DNA of 64,000 bases from the human T2T-CHM13v2.0 reference genome, Homo sapiens (GCF_009914755.1 NC_060935.1); one strand, 5' to 3'. Shown: positions 1 through 16,678, numbered from the stretch's first letter. Notes: a model not told the origin generated them from the sequence alone. Numbers and translations are program-made.

Positions 1-2103
<2,103 letters not shown>

Positions 2104-2493
2104 GCATCAAATTTAATTAGGCAAATCAATCTAGCCAGAGAAAACCAACATATGTCTAGAGTTCCCTTACAGAATTCATTTGGAAGATTTCTGCAAAATC
2201 ACAACAAAGAAACTGATTGCATTAAAGCTTCTAAATCCCATAAAGCATCACGTATTGGAAAATGTGTAACATCACATAATTTGTCAGTAGGCATATGCTA
2301 CTGCTGTTATTAACAAGTACACAAAATGATTTATTAAGCATCTTCTATGTGTCAAATATTGTATGAGGTACTTTACATGGTTTGTTAATCTTTGCAATCA
2401 CCTTATGAAGCAAGTATTATTAAGCGCATTTTTTAGAAGAGTAAACTGTGCCTTAGAGAGGTTAAGAGACTTGTCTAAGTTCCCACAGCGTAG

Positions 2494-2819
<326 letters not shown>

Positions 2820-3837
2820 TAACCTCAGGTGAGTCCCTACAGCTCTCTTGAGCCAGGGTGCCTCTCAGCAGAAACTGGGCTTGGCCCAGAGGAAGGCTTC
2901 CTGAAGTCAGTTGTTTATGAACCACCCACTCTTTCAAGATGGGAATGACATTGTCCTCACCACCTTTACTAGAGATAAGCAGTGACCAATGTTCACATAC
3001 TAAAAACACAAAAAATGAACCACACAAAATAGAATTTTTAGGATAGAAACGGGCCTTTGACATCAGCCTAACATCTTCATTGAACCAATAAACCGGTGAG
3101 CATTTCCTCTATTTTATTGAGAGATATCTTTCAAGACTTACCTTTTAGATTTACCTATGTAAGCACTTTGCATCTCAGCCTATACAAAGGGAAGAAAACT
3201 CTTGGCCCAGGGAGAGGGAGTTGCAGACTGGTATGTACTGGATGGTTGTTTTGGTAAATTTTTCCAACTAAGAACACATTCCACTCCCACGCCACCCTGT
3301 GCTGCCACCACCAGAGAAACAATGATAGTTTCCATCTCCAGCTGCCCCTCAGGTGGTTCCCAGGGACATGAAACAAGGAGGAAGGGAGAGGCTCTTTCTT
3401 TTTCCAAGGTCATACGCGCATTCTATCAGCTAAGAGCCCAGGAACGAGAAAAGGGAGAGGTGGCTCTGTTGTTTCTAGCAAAGGAAAGGGTAGTGTTCCC
3501 TCTGACTTCTGCGCATAAGGCATAGCTTTCTCCCAAATGACAGATAATTGAATATTTTCCCTTCTCAATTTTAAAAGGTAATTCAAGATACAATTGCCCT
3601 TTCTGAAAAATTTGCTCTCTTAGGCAGACTGCCATTATCAATAGTAGTAGGTAAATATTCACTGTAAAGTAACTGTGTTTTTTCCCTCAAGCCAACATAT
3701 GAATTTAATTTATGATATTAATGACCACGGCAAATACATGAATATCATTTACTATATTTTTTTTGGAGAAAGAAAAATTAGTTTTTTGTCATAAAGTGTA
3801 TTACTATTTTTTTTTTTTTAGAGCTTGAGAAAACACT

Positions 3838-5006
3838 CTTTTTTTCCTTTTCAGCTTTTATTTTAGACCCAGGGTACATGGGCAGGTTTGCTACCTGGAT
3901 ATATTGCATGATGCTGAGGTTTGGGGTATGAATGACCCCCACCCGCCCACCGAGGTACCGAGCATAGTAACCAACATTTAATTTTTCAACTCTTGTCCCT
4001 CTCCCTCCCTTCCCCCTCTAGTCATCCCCAGTGTCTACTGTTCCCATCTTTATGTCCATGAGCACTCAATGTTTAGCTCCCACTTATAAGTGAGAACACG
4101 CAGTATTTGGTTTTCTGTTCCTGTATTAATTCACTTAAGATAATGGCCTCCAGCTTCATCCATGTTGCTGCATAGGACATGACTTTGTTCATTTTTATGG
4201 TTGTGTAGTATTACATGGTGTATATGTACCACATCTTCTTTATCCAATCCACTGCTGATGGGCACCTAGGTTGATTCCATGTCTTTGCTATTGTGAATAG
4301 TGCTGTGATGAACATATACACATGCATGTGTCTTTTTGGTAGAACAATTTGTTTTCTTTTGGGTATATGTCCAGTAATGGGATTGCTGGTTCAAACGGTA
4401 GTTTGCCTTAAGTTCTTTGAGAAATCTCCAAGCTACTTTCCACAATGGCTGAACTAATTTACATTCCCACCAACGTGTATAAGCATTCCCTTTGCTCCAC
4501 AGCCTCACCAACACCTGTTGTTTTCTGACTTTTTAATAATAACCATTCTGACTGGTGTGAGAATGGTATCTCATTGTGGTTTTGATTTGCGTTTCTCTGA
4601 TGATTAGTCATGATGAGCATTTTTCATGTTTCTTGGCCACTTGTACGTCTTGTTTTGAGAAGTGTCTGTTCATAACCTTTGCTCACCTTTTAATTTTTTT
4701 TTTTTTTTTTTTTTGCTCATTCAATTGTTTCAGTTACTTACAGATTCTGGATATTAGACCTTTGTTGGATGCACAATTTGCAAATATTCTCTCCCATTCT
4801 GTAGGTTGTCTATTTACTCTGTTGATAGTTTCATTTGCTGTGCAGAAGCTCTTTAGTTTAATTAGGTCCCATCTGTCAATTTTTGTTTTTGTTGCAATTG
4901 TTTTTGAGGACTTAGTCATAAATTCTTTCTCAACATTGATATCCAGAATGGTGTTTCTGAGGTTTTCTTCTAGGATTGTTATAGTTTGAGGTATTACATT
5001 TAAATC
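3838..5006 (-). mobile_element. Older 5'-truncated LINE-1 (late L1PA/L1PB-like), 3' end of ORF2 plus 3'UTR
   Basis: Minus ORFs 4734-4919 ([16 protein letters not shown]) and 4266-4514 resemble L1 ORF2; T-rich tail at the left end; subfamily not resolvable by eye. Confidence 0.9.
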
Positions 5007-6599
5007 ACAGTGTAATTTGTTAGTGTAACATAACTACTGTATTCTTGATTCACCTAGGCCTTAGGTATCATAATAAGCAAGTCCATGAAAGAATAAGCTT
5101 TGAATTGCTAATTAGATCATTAGCAATTTATTTTCAAAATAAGAAGCCCCATCTTTATTACTCTGAGGCCACAGATGGCCTATGTTTGTCATCAAACCTC
5201 AAAGTATATTTTCCCATAGAATGTTAAATATTTTCTTTACAAATGACCAGGATTTTAAAAATTTCCTTTGTAACTTTGTAGTAATGTGTCAATATATACA
5301 AGCATCTGAAAGTCCCTTTGATGTTCAAAAGCTGTCATATCACCTATCCTTGGAATCTGAAAGAAAGAAAGGTTACATAGGGAACCACCAGTGTTCTAAG
5401 TCCATTCCTTACTCTCCAGCCTCCAAAATTATTAAATTCTAAGTTTTGTTTATTCGGGTGCCTCAAGCCTGAGTCTCAGCTTAATCACTTTGTCCCAGAA
5501 GCTTTTCCTGACTCCAACAAAGGTTAGCTACCTCCTCATATGCCCTCACAGCTTGTGCTTTAAGGTAAGTATGGCTTTAACTGTAATCTCTGCTAGAATG
5601 TAAATGCTAACAGATTCAGGATTAGTTCAGTCTTGTTTACCACTAGAATCCCCAGATTCTAGCATAGTGCTAGGAATTCAATACATACTAGAATGCCTTG
5701 CTCATTCTACCTGACTGCTTGCACAGCATTTGATATTCTAGAAGACCTTCTACTTCCCCTTCCTGAAAGCTCCCCTCTCTCACTGTGGCACACTTTCCTC
5801 TTTTGCACCTCCCACCATTTTCACTGGTCTTCCAGTGGCTTCTTTCCTTCTGCCTTACCTTTATACTCAACCTCTACATTCCATCCTAGTCTATCTTTTC
5901 TGGGCCAAATATGGCAGGCACTTAATATGGGTGGAATGAAGGAATAAAAGAATGTCATGCTTCAGACTCTTCTTGAGAAATGCTATTCACCTCCATAGTT
6001 TCAATGATTATGTTAAACTAATAAGGTCTAAATATTCCCAAAACTACACTTCTCATCTGGGCAACAAACCTTTATCTGTAACACCCCCTTATGTCAATAT
6101 GTTCATAACTAAATTCAGGATGTCCAATTAAACATAGCAGATTAATCATACAGAATTATCTCCTTTCCCACTCCAATCTCTGCTAAGATGATGGCAAAGG
6201 AATTTCTTTTAAGAAAAAATGTACAAATCCACAAGGGCAAACAGAAGAGAATACAATGGTTAACCACAGATTCCTACAAATTTTGGGATGGTGCAGAGAG
6301 GATAGAGGTGAAACAACTGACTTAGGAGAGTACTGGAGTTAGGACAGTATGGATGTAGTGTTTTTCCTCATCTTTAAGGACATTAATGATAGTTGCAATT
6401 TTTTTTCTTCTTTCTTAATTGGCTCTGTTTCCTCTGAGTGCCTTTTTTTTTTCTTTTTCTCTTTTACTGTTTAAAGGTTTCTAAATGCTGAAATAAATAC
6501 AACAACAACAACAAAAATTCAGCCTGCAGAATCCTGGAAGGGCTCAGCATAGGGGAACACTAGCTACTAAGGAGAATGAAGCTTATACACTAACTAGCT

Positions 6600-7360
6600 A
6601 GACTGAAAACACAGGAAGTGACAGTTTACCAAGAAATGAACTGTGATATACAGAACTACATTCCCAGGTCCTACTCCGGAATGCTGGCAGCTAGGCTTAT
6701 ATCTCTCCGGAAGATTAGAAGATCCTTCTCTGAGAAAATGAACAGCCTAAGGGGGAAAGACTTCCAGGTATTTGGAAGTCTACCCACAACAATAAAAAAT
6801 CCACCATCAACAAGCCCTACCTATGCCCACATAGCTTCTATTCAGCCTTTTAATGCCCTATTCTTAAATAGGAACAGACAGGAATTCATATAACAAATAT
6901 AAATGTCAGACAAGGATTAAAAAACGTTTGAGGAAAACCTCTAATAAAACCTCAGAAAAAGAGAAAATGAAGAAAAAAAGGCATCTGGAAGAAACAGAGC
7001 CAATTAAGAAAAAAAACTGCAACTAATGTCCTTAGAGATGAAAAAAGATATTGCATCCATAAAATAAGTATAGGAGGCTATGAAAAAGGAATAAACAGAA
7101 AAGAATGTTTGGAATTTAAAATAAGGTAGCCATAAAAAAATTATTCAAGAATTGGAAAATAACATCAAGGACTTCTCACAGAAAGTGGTCTCCCTCACCA
7201 GGGTAGGGGGAAAAAAGTAAGACAGGAGAAAAATATTTCCTTTTAAATTATTAGAGAATTAATTCAGGAAGACCAGTAATTGCCTAACAGGATTCTAGAA
7301 AAAAGGGACCAGAGAATATTATGAGAGGAAATTATCAAATAAATAATACAATAAAATATC
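6600..7360 (+). mobile_element. Probable ancient L1M 5'/ORF1-region fragment
   Basis: A-rich, purine-skewed, L1-like phrases (e.g. aacaggattctagaaaaa, gaggaaattatcaaataaataatac); boundaries approximate. Confidence 0.45.
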
Positions 7361-7603
7361 CCCTTGGGAGCAAGACTGTGAGGCAGTGAGAAGTAAGCAA
7401 AACGCTCCTGTTTTCCATCAAACAACATTTAGTACTATTTGAATTTTAAACTATGTGCATATATTACTTTGATAAACAATTTGAAAGGGGAAAAAAAAAA
7501 CCCTCAGTTTCTCACCCCCAAAGCTGTCATTCCTTTCTGTATTCCCTTTCTCTGCTAATATTATCATCACCCGTCAGCTCCAAAGCAGCCCTTTAAGTTC
7601 TAC

Positions 7604-7910
7604 TTTTTTTTTTTTTGAGACAAGGTCTCGCTCGTCACCCAGATTGGAGTGCAGTGGCATGATCACAGTTCACTGCAGCTTTGACTTCCTGAGCTCAAAC
7701 GATCCCCCCACTTCAGCCTCTTGAGTAGCTGAAACTATAGGCACAAGCCTCCATGCCAAGCTAATTTTTTAATGTTTTGTAGAGATGGGGTCTCCCTATG
7801 TTGTCCAGGCTGGTCTTAAACTCCTGGGCTCAACTCCTGGGCTCAAGTGATCCTCCCACCTCGGCCTCCCAAAGTGTTGGGATTATAGGCATGAGCCACC
7901 ACACCTGGCC
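7604..7910 (-). mobile_element. Alu (AluJ-like)
   Basis: Reverse Alu; TSD TAAGTTCTACTT on both sides; internal AACTCCTGGGCTC duplication. Confidence 0.93.
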
Positions 7911-8425
7911 TAAGTTCTACTTCTGATGGATCTTTCACACATTTCTTCTCTTCAACCCTACTACCCTCATTGGATCCTCAATCACCTCTTCCTGGAATGT
8001 TCCATAATGTCATTACTGGTGGCTCTGTCTTTGGTCTCTGTCCCTCAAAACCATCTTGCTACGGCCATGCTTTAAACGTTTTTCATGCCTGCAATGGACT
8101 CCTGAGAAGTTTTTTAACCGTTTGTAGCCTCCAACCTCCAGGGGCTTGGAGTTGGTAGGTAGGAAGGTGTTTTCTCTACCCATCCTGTTCCCCATTGGCA
8201 CCTCCAAACCACTTCATCTCCTTCCTCCTTCAAAACTTCCTACTCTTCTGAAGATTATTCCATCTGACCACATTAGCCAATATTACTCCTTTTGACTGTC
8301 ATCTGGCTAGCCAGTTACCCTGGTTTGCTGAAATTCTAGCACCCAGCTTGCCATCTTCCTCTCTACCACAACTTCTATCATAATCTTGGCAATTTCAATA
8401 TCCACATTAAAAAGTTACTTCCATA

Positions 8426-8596
8426 CTTTTTGTTTTTTTAGAGCAGGGTCTCACTGCATTGCCAGGGTGGAGTGCCATGGCTATTCATAGGTGCACTCAC
8501 AGTGCATGGAAACTCCAGCTCCTGGCCTCAAGTGATCCTCCTGCCTCAGCCTCCTGAGTAGCTGGGACTGTAAGTGCAGGCCACTGCACCTGGCTC
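8426..8596 (-). mobile_element. Alu monomer (FRAM/FLAM/AluJ fragment)
   Basis: Single diverged Alu arm with T-tail. Confidence 0.8.
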
Positions 8597-9421
8597 TGGC
8601 CTCTAACATTCTTAATTTCTTCAACTTTGTTGTTATGTTCCATCTGGGCCACTGACTGCCATGGCCATACTCTGGTTCTTGTCATCAACATCCTGACCAA
8701 AAGCCCCTATCTCTCTAGCTTCCCTCAAGCACCCCCCACTCAACCTCAAAACAGCACGGGAAATCTACGAAGACCCCTTCCTCACCACCTGTGTTAAGTA
8801 ATATGTTTCAGTACCATAATCACTCCCTTGAAAACACTTTAACTGCTTTGTTCCTTTTTCCCTCCATCCTACTTGCCCACTTGTCCAGCTCCAATTATAA
8901 GTGATTCTGGGTCTACATCTAACTAGCTAAATTTTCTCCAGAAATAAAGAGAAACATAACAGAACTTCACTAATTGGTCTTTATGCCCAAAAATATCAAA
9001 TGGCAAACAACATTGCCCATCAGTCTCGCTAATCTCTCTGGCAAATTTCTTTCTCCAAAATGCTTACTTTTCTATTAACCTTTTCCTTTTCCTCAAACTT
9101 GGAACATCCTATTCTATCCCTCTGCTGATGACCTTGCCTTCCCTTCACACTTCACTGAGAAACAAGAAGTGATTTGACAAGAACTGCCTATCTTGTCTTC
9201 CTGCCACCAACATTATCAATCCAGCCAAATCAGAACCTGTATGTACAATTTGTTCTCCCTGTGAATAGAAGAAATTTCCTTGCTTCTATATAAACCAGCA
9301 TTTTTGCTATTTAAGAACTGCATTCCTAAAATCACCCCTAATCTCTCCTAAATCTTCAGGTTCCCTTTCAATTGGATCATTACCAGCCTCAGAGAAGCAT
9401 ATTTAGTATCACCCAGCCTAA

Positions 9422-9787
<366 letters not shown>

Positions 9788-11632
9788 CCTATCCCACTTT
9801 TCTTCTCTTCTTCACTATAAAACGTTTCCAGAATGTCTTTAGTTATAGGCTCTTTCTCACCTTCCATTCTCTCTCCAGCCTATTCGATTGTAGTTTTATA
9901 CCTGTTTTTCTTATCATATATATTATATAGGAGAGGAAATACAGTTATTAAGTTTGGGCTTTGACCTCATGGGTTCTAATCCATGTTCTGTGATTTACTA
10001 GTTATAAAAGCAACGTAACTTCGTGCCTCAGTTTCCCCAACTTAAAATGAGGATAATAAAAGTAACTATCTCATAGGGCTGTTGTGAGGATTAAAATAGC
10101 ACATATAAAAGCACAAGAATACCAGTCATATAGAAATTGTTCAAGACATGCTTGCCATTGTAGTCAACAATGACCCTCCTTCATCTTATGAAATACAACA
10201 GTGAAGACTCCTCTCTGTCAAGCAGCACTGGACAGAGTCCACATCTCACTTCTACTCATGGATTCTGTGACATCCTACTCTATTGGGTTTCCTTCTACTT
10301 CACTGGCTGCATATTTTCAGGATCCTCACCGGCTGCTTAATCTCTAAATATTGGATTACTCAGCCTTCCCTTTTTACTATCTAAACTCTTCTGAGGTAAC
10401 CTGATCAAGTCCCATGCTTTTAAATACCATGTATGTGCTGATGTTGCTCAAATTTGTATTTCCTATCCTGGCTCTCCCCAGAGCATCATATATTTAACCA
10501 TCTCTACCAGGTCATTAAGTTGGTATCGCAAACCTAACAAATCTAGGACAGAATTCTTAAAGACTTCCCTCTCCCCATCTCAGCCCATAAACCTGCTCTT
10601 CTCAATCTTCATATTTCTGGTATAGTATCATCATTCACCTAGTTATCAGGCCAAAAAACTAGTCAAATCTGATTTTTCTTCCTTCTCTCAATCTGACATC
10701 CGAATGTTAGTGTTTGTTTGTTCCACCTCCAAAATAAATCCCAAATTTATCTCTACTTCTTACCATGTCACTGCTGCCATTTTAATCCAAGCTATCATGA
10801 CTTCTCTGCCAGATACTGCAAAGTCATCCCAATGGGTGTCATTGCTGCCATTCTTTGCCCCCAACAGGCCAACTTCCTCAGAGCAGCCATAGTAATCTCA
10901 AAAGATAAACTAGATCTTATCAATTGCCTGCTTAAAATCTTCCGGACACTTCCTATTATGATTAGAATAAAATTCAAACTAGTGAACTCGGTATACATAT
11001 GAATGATTAATGATTGAATGACTGTAAAGACTTATTAGGATTATAGTTATAGTTGAAAGTTAACCTACTCTGTAGAATTGGTTTGTAAGATGTAACAACT
11101 GTATATAAAACCCTCACAAATTCAGGAATATGTATACTATATATGTTTCTTATAAACAAGATTATTGCTATCCAGGCAAACTCTATGTTCTCTCTATATG
11201 AGTGAATTTGCTCAAGTAGAATGATCATCTGGAAGTTTCACTGTATCTGACAGGTTCTGAGAAGTATGCTCATGCCTCTAAATCTCAGCAACATTTGGAC
11301 CCAATGAACCCTACTGATTCCTAATAAACTGTTCTCTGCTTAGAATTAAATTTTCCTAGACTTCTGATGACATGAATACCCTTCAAAGAGTGTATTGCTG
11401 TTTTCTTGCATTGACCAGCACCACTGCAGATCACCAGAAGCTTGGCAGATGACTCATCTGGCAGAAACATGGAATATATTCTAAATAGAAGTCACTTTTA
11501 AATGAATTGATTGATTCTTATACTGCCACAATAAATTTTCATTTCTTGATCATCCTCTAAAAAAGATAAAACACTTTTAAATTTAATAAAAAATGCTAGG
11601 CATTGTTTTGGTAATCATTTGAACCACCATTC

Positions 11633-11736
11633 TTTTATTTTATTTTATTTTATTTTTTGAGATGGAGTTCGCTCTGTCGCCCAGGCTGGTGTGCAGTGGC
11701 GTGATCTCGGCTCACTGCAACCTCCGCCTCCCGGTT
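11633..11736 (-). mobile_element. 5'-truncated Alu (3' ~100 bp)
   Basis: Alu right-arm end with (TTTTA)n tail; TSD TGAACCACCATTCTT / TGAACCACTATTCTT. Confidence 0.9.
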
Positions 11737-11973
11737 GAACCACTATTCTTAAAATATATTTATTAATAAGATCTGTGATTTCTACCTCAGTAAAATATCG
11801 CTTAACATTCAACATTTTTAATATTAAAAAATAATGCAGTAATCCTAATTTTGAAACTAGCAACCTAATTATAATTAATGTTTATGTATTTTTACAGTGT
11901 GGCAAAATATTATCCGTGTCTCAAGATTACTACACGTTAATCTAAGATCAGAGTACAAAACAATGGCTTTGTC

Positions 11974-12113
11974 TTTTGTTTTTTCATTTTTGTGGAGAAT
12001 GGGGTCTCACTATATGGCTCAGGCAGGTCTTGAATTCCTGGGCTCAAGCTATGCTCCCGCCTCTGCCTCCCTCAGAGTTGAGAGTACAGGCATGAACCAC
12101 CACACCCAGCCAG
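11974..12113 (-). mobile_element. FLAM-like Alu monomer
   Basis: Reverse left-arm Alu; flanks resemble TACAAAACAATG / TATAAAACAATG TSD. Confidence 0.8.
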
Positions 12114-12147
12114 CGTATAAAACAATGTTTTAAAATTTTCCTTCGGA

Positions 12148-12463
12148 GGCCAGCGCGGTGGCTCACGCCTGTAATCCCAGCACTTTGGGAGACCGAGGTG
12201 GACAGATCACAAGGTCAAGAGATCGAGACCATCCTGGCCAACGTGGTGAAACCCCGTCTCTATTAAAAATACAAAAATTGGCTGGGCGTGGTGGCGTGCC
12301 CCTGTAGTCCCAGCTACTCAGGAGGCTGGGGCAGGAGAATCGCTTGAACCTGAGAGGCAGAGATTGCAGTGAGCCAAGATTGCACCACTACACTCCAGCC
12401 TGTGCAACAGAGCGAGACTCCATCTCAAAAATAAAAATAAATAACAAATAAAAAAATAAAAAA
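12148..12463 (+). mobile_element. Alu (AluSc-like)
   Basis: Full Alu with A-tail; imperfect TSD AAAATTTTCCTTCGGA / AAAATTTCCTTTGGA. Confidence 0.95.
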
Positions 12464-12537
12464 ATTTCCTTTGGAAACCCCAACCCTGATTTATTTGTAA
12501 CCAAACATGCCTTCAGTTATTAATTTAAAAATATCCG

Positions 12538-12760
12538 AGGCTGGGCAACATAGGAAGACCCCATCTGTGCCAAAAGAAAAAAAAAAAATTAGCTGTACCT
12601 GGTGGCATGCTCCTGTGATTCCAGCTACTCAGGAGGCTGAGGTAAGAGGATCATTTGAGCCCACGAGTTCAAGGTTACAGTAAGCTATGATCATGCCATT
12701 ACACTCCAGCCTGGGCAACAGAGCCAGAGGGAGACCCTGTCTCAAAATAAATAAATTAAT
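12538..12760 (+). mobile_element. Partial Alu (AluJ-like)
   Basis: End of left arm, A-linker and right arm. Confidence 0.85.
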
Positions 12761-13031
12761 GTAATATAAATAAAATTAAAATATTTACACAGGGAAAAAT
12801 ATGCCAAAACCCATCAGCAAAGACTGTTTTTGATTACTCTAGGGTGCTAACCCACTTAAATTCTAACCCACCATCCCTTAAACTTTTTTTCTATTTCCTT
12901 TTTTTTGCTTTAAATTCTTCTAAGGGTTACTCAAGCATGCAGTTTAGAGGTGCTTGTTTTGAACAAATTAATCTTATGTTCATAAATGTAAACTAGTAAC
13001 AATATAAAACAATACAAGAAAAATTGTTAGT

Positions 13032-13037
13032 TTTATT
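13032..13037 (-). terminator. CCDC34: CCDC34 polyadenylation signal AATAAA
   Basis: TTTATT on + strand ~285 nt past the stop codon, followed on the minus strand by a U/GU-rich tract. Confidence 0.8.
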
Positions 13038-13321
13038 GGTATTACAGTGTACTTTTAATACAAGCTAAATACAAACACAATTCTTACATATTCAGCCACT
13101 TATTCTGCAAAACAACATGCCAAGATCAACCTTGAAAAGTTTATAAAAACCAAAATCCAGAAAATATCTTCCTCAACTCTAAGGACTCCATATACAAATG
13201 CAAAAATTGCTATTTGTCAATAATCACATTAAGTGTTGAGTTATTGACTGAGCAGTAAAAAACAATTTCTGATTTTTAAATTAAATAGCTCCAGATAAAA
13301 GCATGTTATTTTCCACATACG

Positions 13322-13536
13322 CTATCTTTGTATTCTGCACAGAGTTCCAAGGCAAAGATTGCTCCTGGCTTTATGAATTACCAGAGATGATGACTTGTGT
13401 GGCTGACTTATCACAGGTCTTTTACTCTTCCTTCCTGATAGATCCTTAGCTTCTTTGGGAGGTGGCATATGAATTGGTTTCCACGGAATTGGATTATAAA
13501 AGGCTGGTTCTGGATAGGAATTTCCACTGTAAAAAC
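13322..13536 (-). CDS. CCDC34: CCDC34 exon 6 (last coding exon): (G)FYSGNSYPEPAFYNPIPWKPIHMPPPKEAK...LGTLCRIQR*
   Basis: Acceptor ttttag|GT; phase matches exon 5; TAG at 13322-13324; total CDS 1122 nt. Confidence 0.95.
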
Positions 13537-15196
13537 CTAAAATTATTGAAAAATCAGATCAAAACAAGGAAAAACTTTCTTGACATCAAAGAAGCCACTT
13601 AAAACTTCTAGAAAAATGTTAAAATGTCAAATGGACAAATTATCACTAATAAGCCAATGTGACTTATTTGAAACTTAAACTCCTTGATATTTTCAAATAA
13701 GTAACACTTTCCAAATACAGTAAATATTTAGTTAAAATTAAAGCATAAATGATAATTCTAAGAATCCAAATAACATTAGTGTTAAAACCTATGTAAATCA
13801 AACTCCTATAAAATTTTTACTAAGAAATTAATTTTATGATCCTTAAATTCAACAAAACTTTCATTTTCTTAACTCAGTCTGGGAAACTACTGATTGTGTA
13901 CTAGCTTCCTCTTGTCAGATACTGAAGTTTACAGAAAAACATTTATTTTTCATATGAAGTTATAGTAAATCAAGGTTCTTGTTTAGAATCACAGAAATTC
14001 TGAATCAGTGTCAATAAGATTTCACAATATCACTGTAATTGTGATTATGAGTTACGGAGCATTCTTTTGCTAATGTATATGAAGTGTTTAAAGTATTGTG
14101 ATGTCTGCCATCTAATAAACACATTTGAAGGAAGAACATTTTACATATCATCTCCAAATCCTTCAGTCACTACTGACACAAAAATTCCTTTATTTCATAA
14201 TTTATAAAAATGATATGAGCATAAAGAATAAAGAAACTTAAGTACAGCATTTGCAGACAAATATGCTGTTTGTTAGAATTAAACTCATTAAAAATGCAAA
14301 AAATTAATAAAACAATCCATTATTTTAGCAGTTAACTTCTAGTCAATATGTTTAGTATTCCCACCTAAACTTTTAACTTTACTACCCAATTACTGGGTTA
14401 AAGCCACTGCTTATTACTCTTTTTTTCAAGCAAGAAACAAAAAGAAGGAGCGGGACATGCTCAGTAGCTAAAACAGATGACCTTCGTGACATATGAGAGA
14501 GGCCTAATCCTGACAGCAGGAATGTGTCTTTCAGACACTGGCAACCCACTTGGCATAGATATGCCAACACTCACTTCACCAAGATGGTCAAAACAAAGTC
14601 TGGAATATGTTCTATTGTGTGAACAAAACAGAATGGGAGTATTTTAATAATAAATCACTTAAACAAGTGAAGGCAGCTGTCAGCAAGGTATGAGCTTCCA
14701 ACATGAAGCACAAAGAAAAACATGCACTACCCTTTATAATCAGACCAAGACTAAAGGCCAATCGGTTTTGTGTCTGGTTCATGTGCTGTCTAGTATTCTA
14801 CCTCACACAAAGAATGTGCCAAGGACATGGGAAGCTCTGCCTTAGAGAGGGTTAGAAGGAGAGGAGGCAAAACGACCCCTTAAAATATATCCTGATTAAG
14901 GCTTTATCACTGAAAAAATGTAAGAGAACATTATTCATTTCTTAATGTTACAAATCACTACTTTAAAGAATAAGTTTGCAGTTTTGTAACTACTGCTTTT
15001 AAGAAATACAAATGTGGAGAATGACAGTACATTTGTAGCATCTCCATAGGAACATGACATGTTTATAATATAATCTTCTGGAAAATAGTAATTTGAAAGA
15101 AAAATAATTTTTACACATTTCTATTTCTGTCAAAAGGAGTATAATATTTGCTTCTGCAAACCATATTTATGTAAGCCACACAACATAAAAACCAAC

Positions 15197-15338
15197 CTGT
15201 AAGTTTTCCATTGGCATAACCATAGCTCTTTGCAGCTGGACGAGGTTTATGTTTCGCATTTTCCAACCATTCTTGAAACTTTTTTTCTGCTATTTCCTTT
15301 TTCTCCTGTATTTCAGCTTGCTGTTGTTTTTCTTTTTC
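15197..15338 (-). CDS. CCDC34: CCDC34 exon 5: EKEKQQQAEIQEKKEIAEKKFQEWLENAKHKPRPAAKSYGYANGKLT(G)
   Basis: ttttaag|GAA acceptor, ACAG|gttggt donor, 142 nt; lies within ORF 15111-15398. Confidence 0.95.
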
Positions 15339-15892
15339 CTTAAAATGACAAGACCAAAATATTTCCAGGGATATTCTGTAACTATACATTCCATTCAAAT
15401 TCTACTGATTTTTTTTTCTCCAGTAGCTTCCTACCCCAATGGCTTACTGGCCATAATACTGAATCATATTTTTATAATATGAGTAGAATATTGAACATGA
15501 TCATGGACATACATTAAGGTGTCTGGCTCTGAAAAACAATAAGACATCAAACCCACAAAGAAAAAAGTATTTGCTGTTTTCAAAGAATAGTAATTTATAA
15601 AATGGCAGTAAGACTTCCCATAAAATGCACTGAAAAATATTTAAAAGGAGTAACAGCAACCAGTTTTAAACCTGACTGAAAAAATATCAACAGGCTTACT
15701 ATTTCTCAACTTAAGAAAACTACAAATGCATATTCATTTTTGAAGTTTAAACACAGCGTAACAGGATAGCTTCTTGTGTTTATTTTATGCTAAGATAGTG
15801 CCAATTTTCTATTAGATACTTTTTCTAAGATATAGTTGACACATATGAACACCAAAGTTATGTATTCTAACTGGTCACTTTAATAAAAATAC

Positions 15893-16051
15893 CTTTTCTT
15901 TCTTCTTCCTCTCACATTCTTCAGCATTTTTTTTCTTTAACCATTCTTGATATTTTTCTTTTGCTTTTTCTTGCAAGTATTCTTTCTCCAGTTCCTTTGC
16001 TGCTTTTTCCTCCATTTCTTTATTAATTTTTTGTTCTCTTTCTTTTCTTTT
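15893..16051 (-). CDS. CCDC34: CCDC34 exon 4: KRKEREQKINKEMEEKAAKELEKEYLQEKAKEKYQEWLKKKNAEECERKKKEK
   Basis: tttaag|AAA acceptor, AAG|gtattt donor, 159 nt, phase 0-0. Confidence 0.95.
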
Positions 16052-16338
16052 CTTAAATAAAAATAGATAAAGTTTAATTGTAATACCAGTAATTATACTC
16101 ATCTAAGGAAAGACTGCTGCATTCAGCAATTTTCTAAACTTCAATTATTTTTAAAAATAGACATGATATCATGGCAGTTGGCACAACATGGTTTATGAAA
16201 ATATATAACATACCTGCAATTAACAGTACAATGTCAGTCTACCTGCTGGGCTATAAGTTTCATGAGGTCAGTGACAAAGATCTTGCTCACCAATGTCCAC
16301 TCAGAGCCTGGGGCAGTACTGAGTGAAAAGCAGGTGTT

Positions 16339-16678
16339 TGATATGGTTTGGCTGTGTCTCCACCCAAATATCATCTTTGAGGGACCTGGTGGGAGGTAAC
16401 TGGATCATAGGGGCAATTCTTTCCCATGCTGTTCTCATGATGGTGAATAAGTCTTGCAAGATCTGATGGTTTTTTAAAAAAGGAGTTCCCCTGCACAAGC
16501 TCTCTCTCTTTGCCTGCTGCCATCCATGTAAGACGTGACTTGCTCCTCCTTGCCTTCTGCCATGATTATTAGGCTTCCCCAGCCACATGGAAGTGTAAGT
16601 CCAATTAAACTTCTTTCTTTTGTAAATTTCCCAGTCTCAGGTATGTCTTTATTAGCAGCATGAAAACAGACTAATACA
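16339..16678 (+). mobile_element. THE1-family (ERVL-MaLR) solo LTR
   Basis: Starts TGATATGGTTTGGCTGTGTC and ends CAGACTAATACA; exact 5-bp TSD GTGTT (16334-16338 / 16679-16683). Confidence 0.92.
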
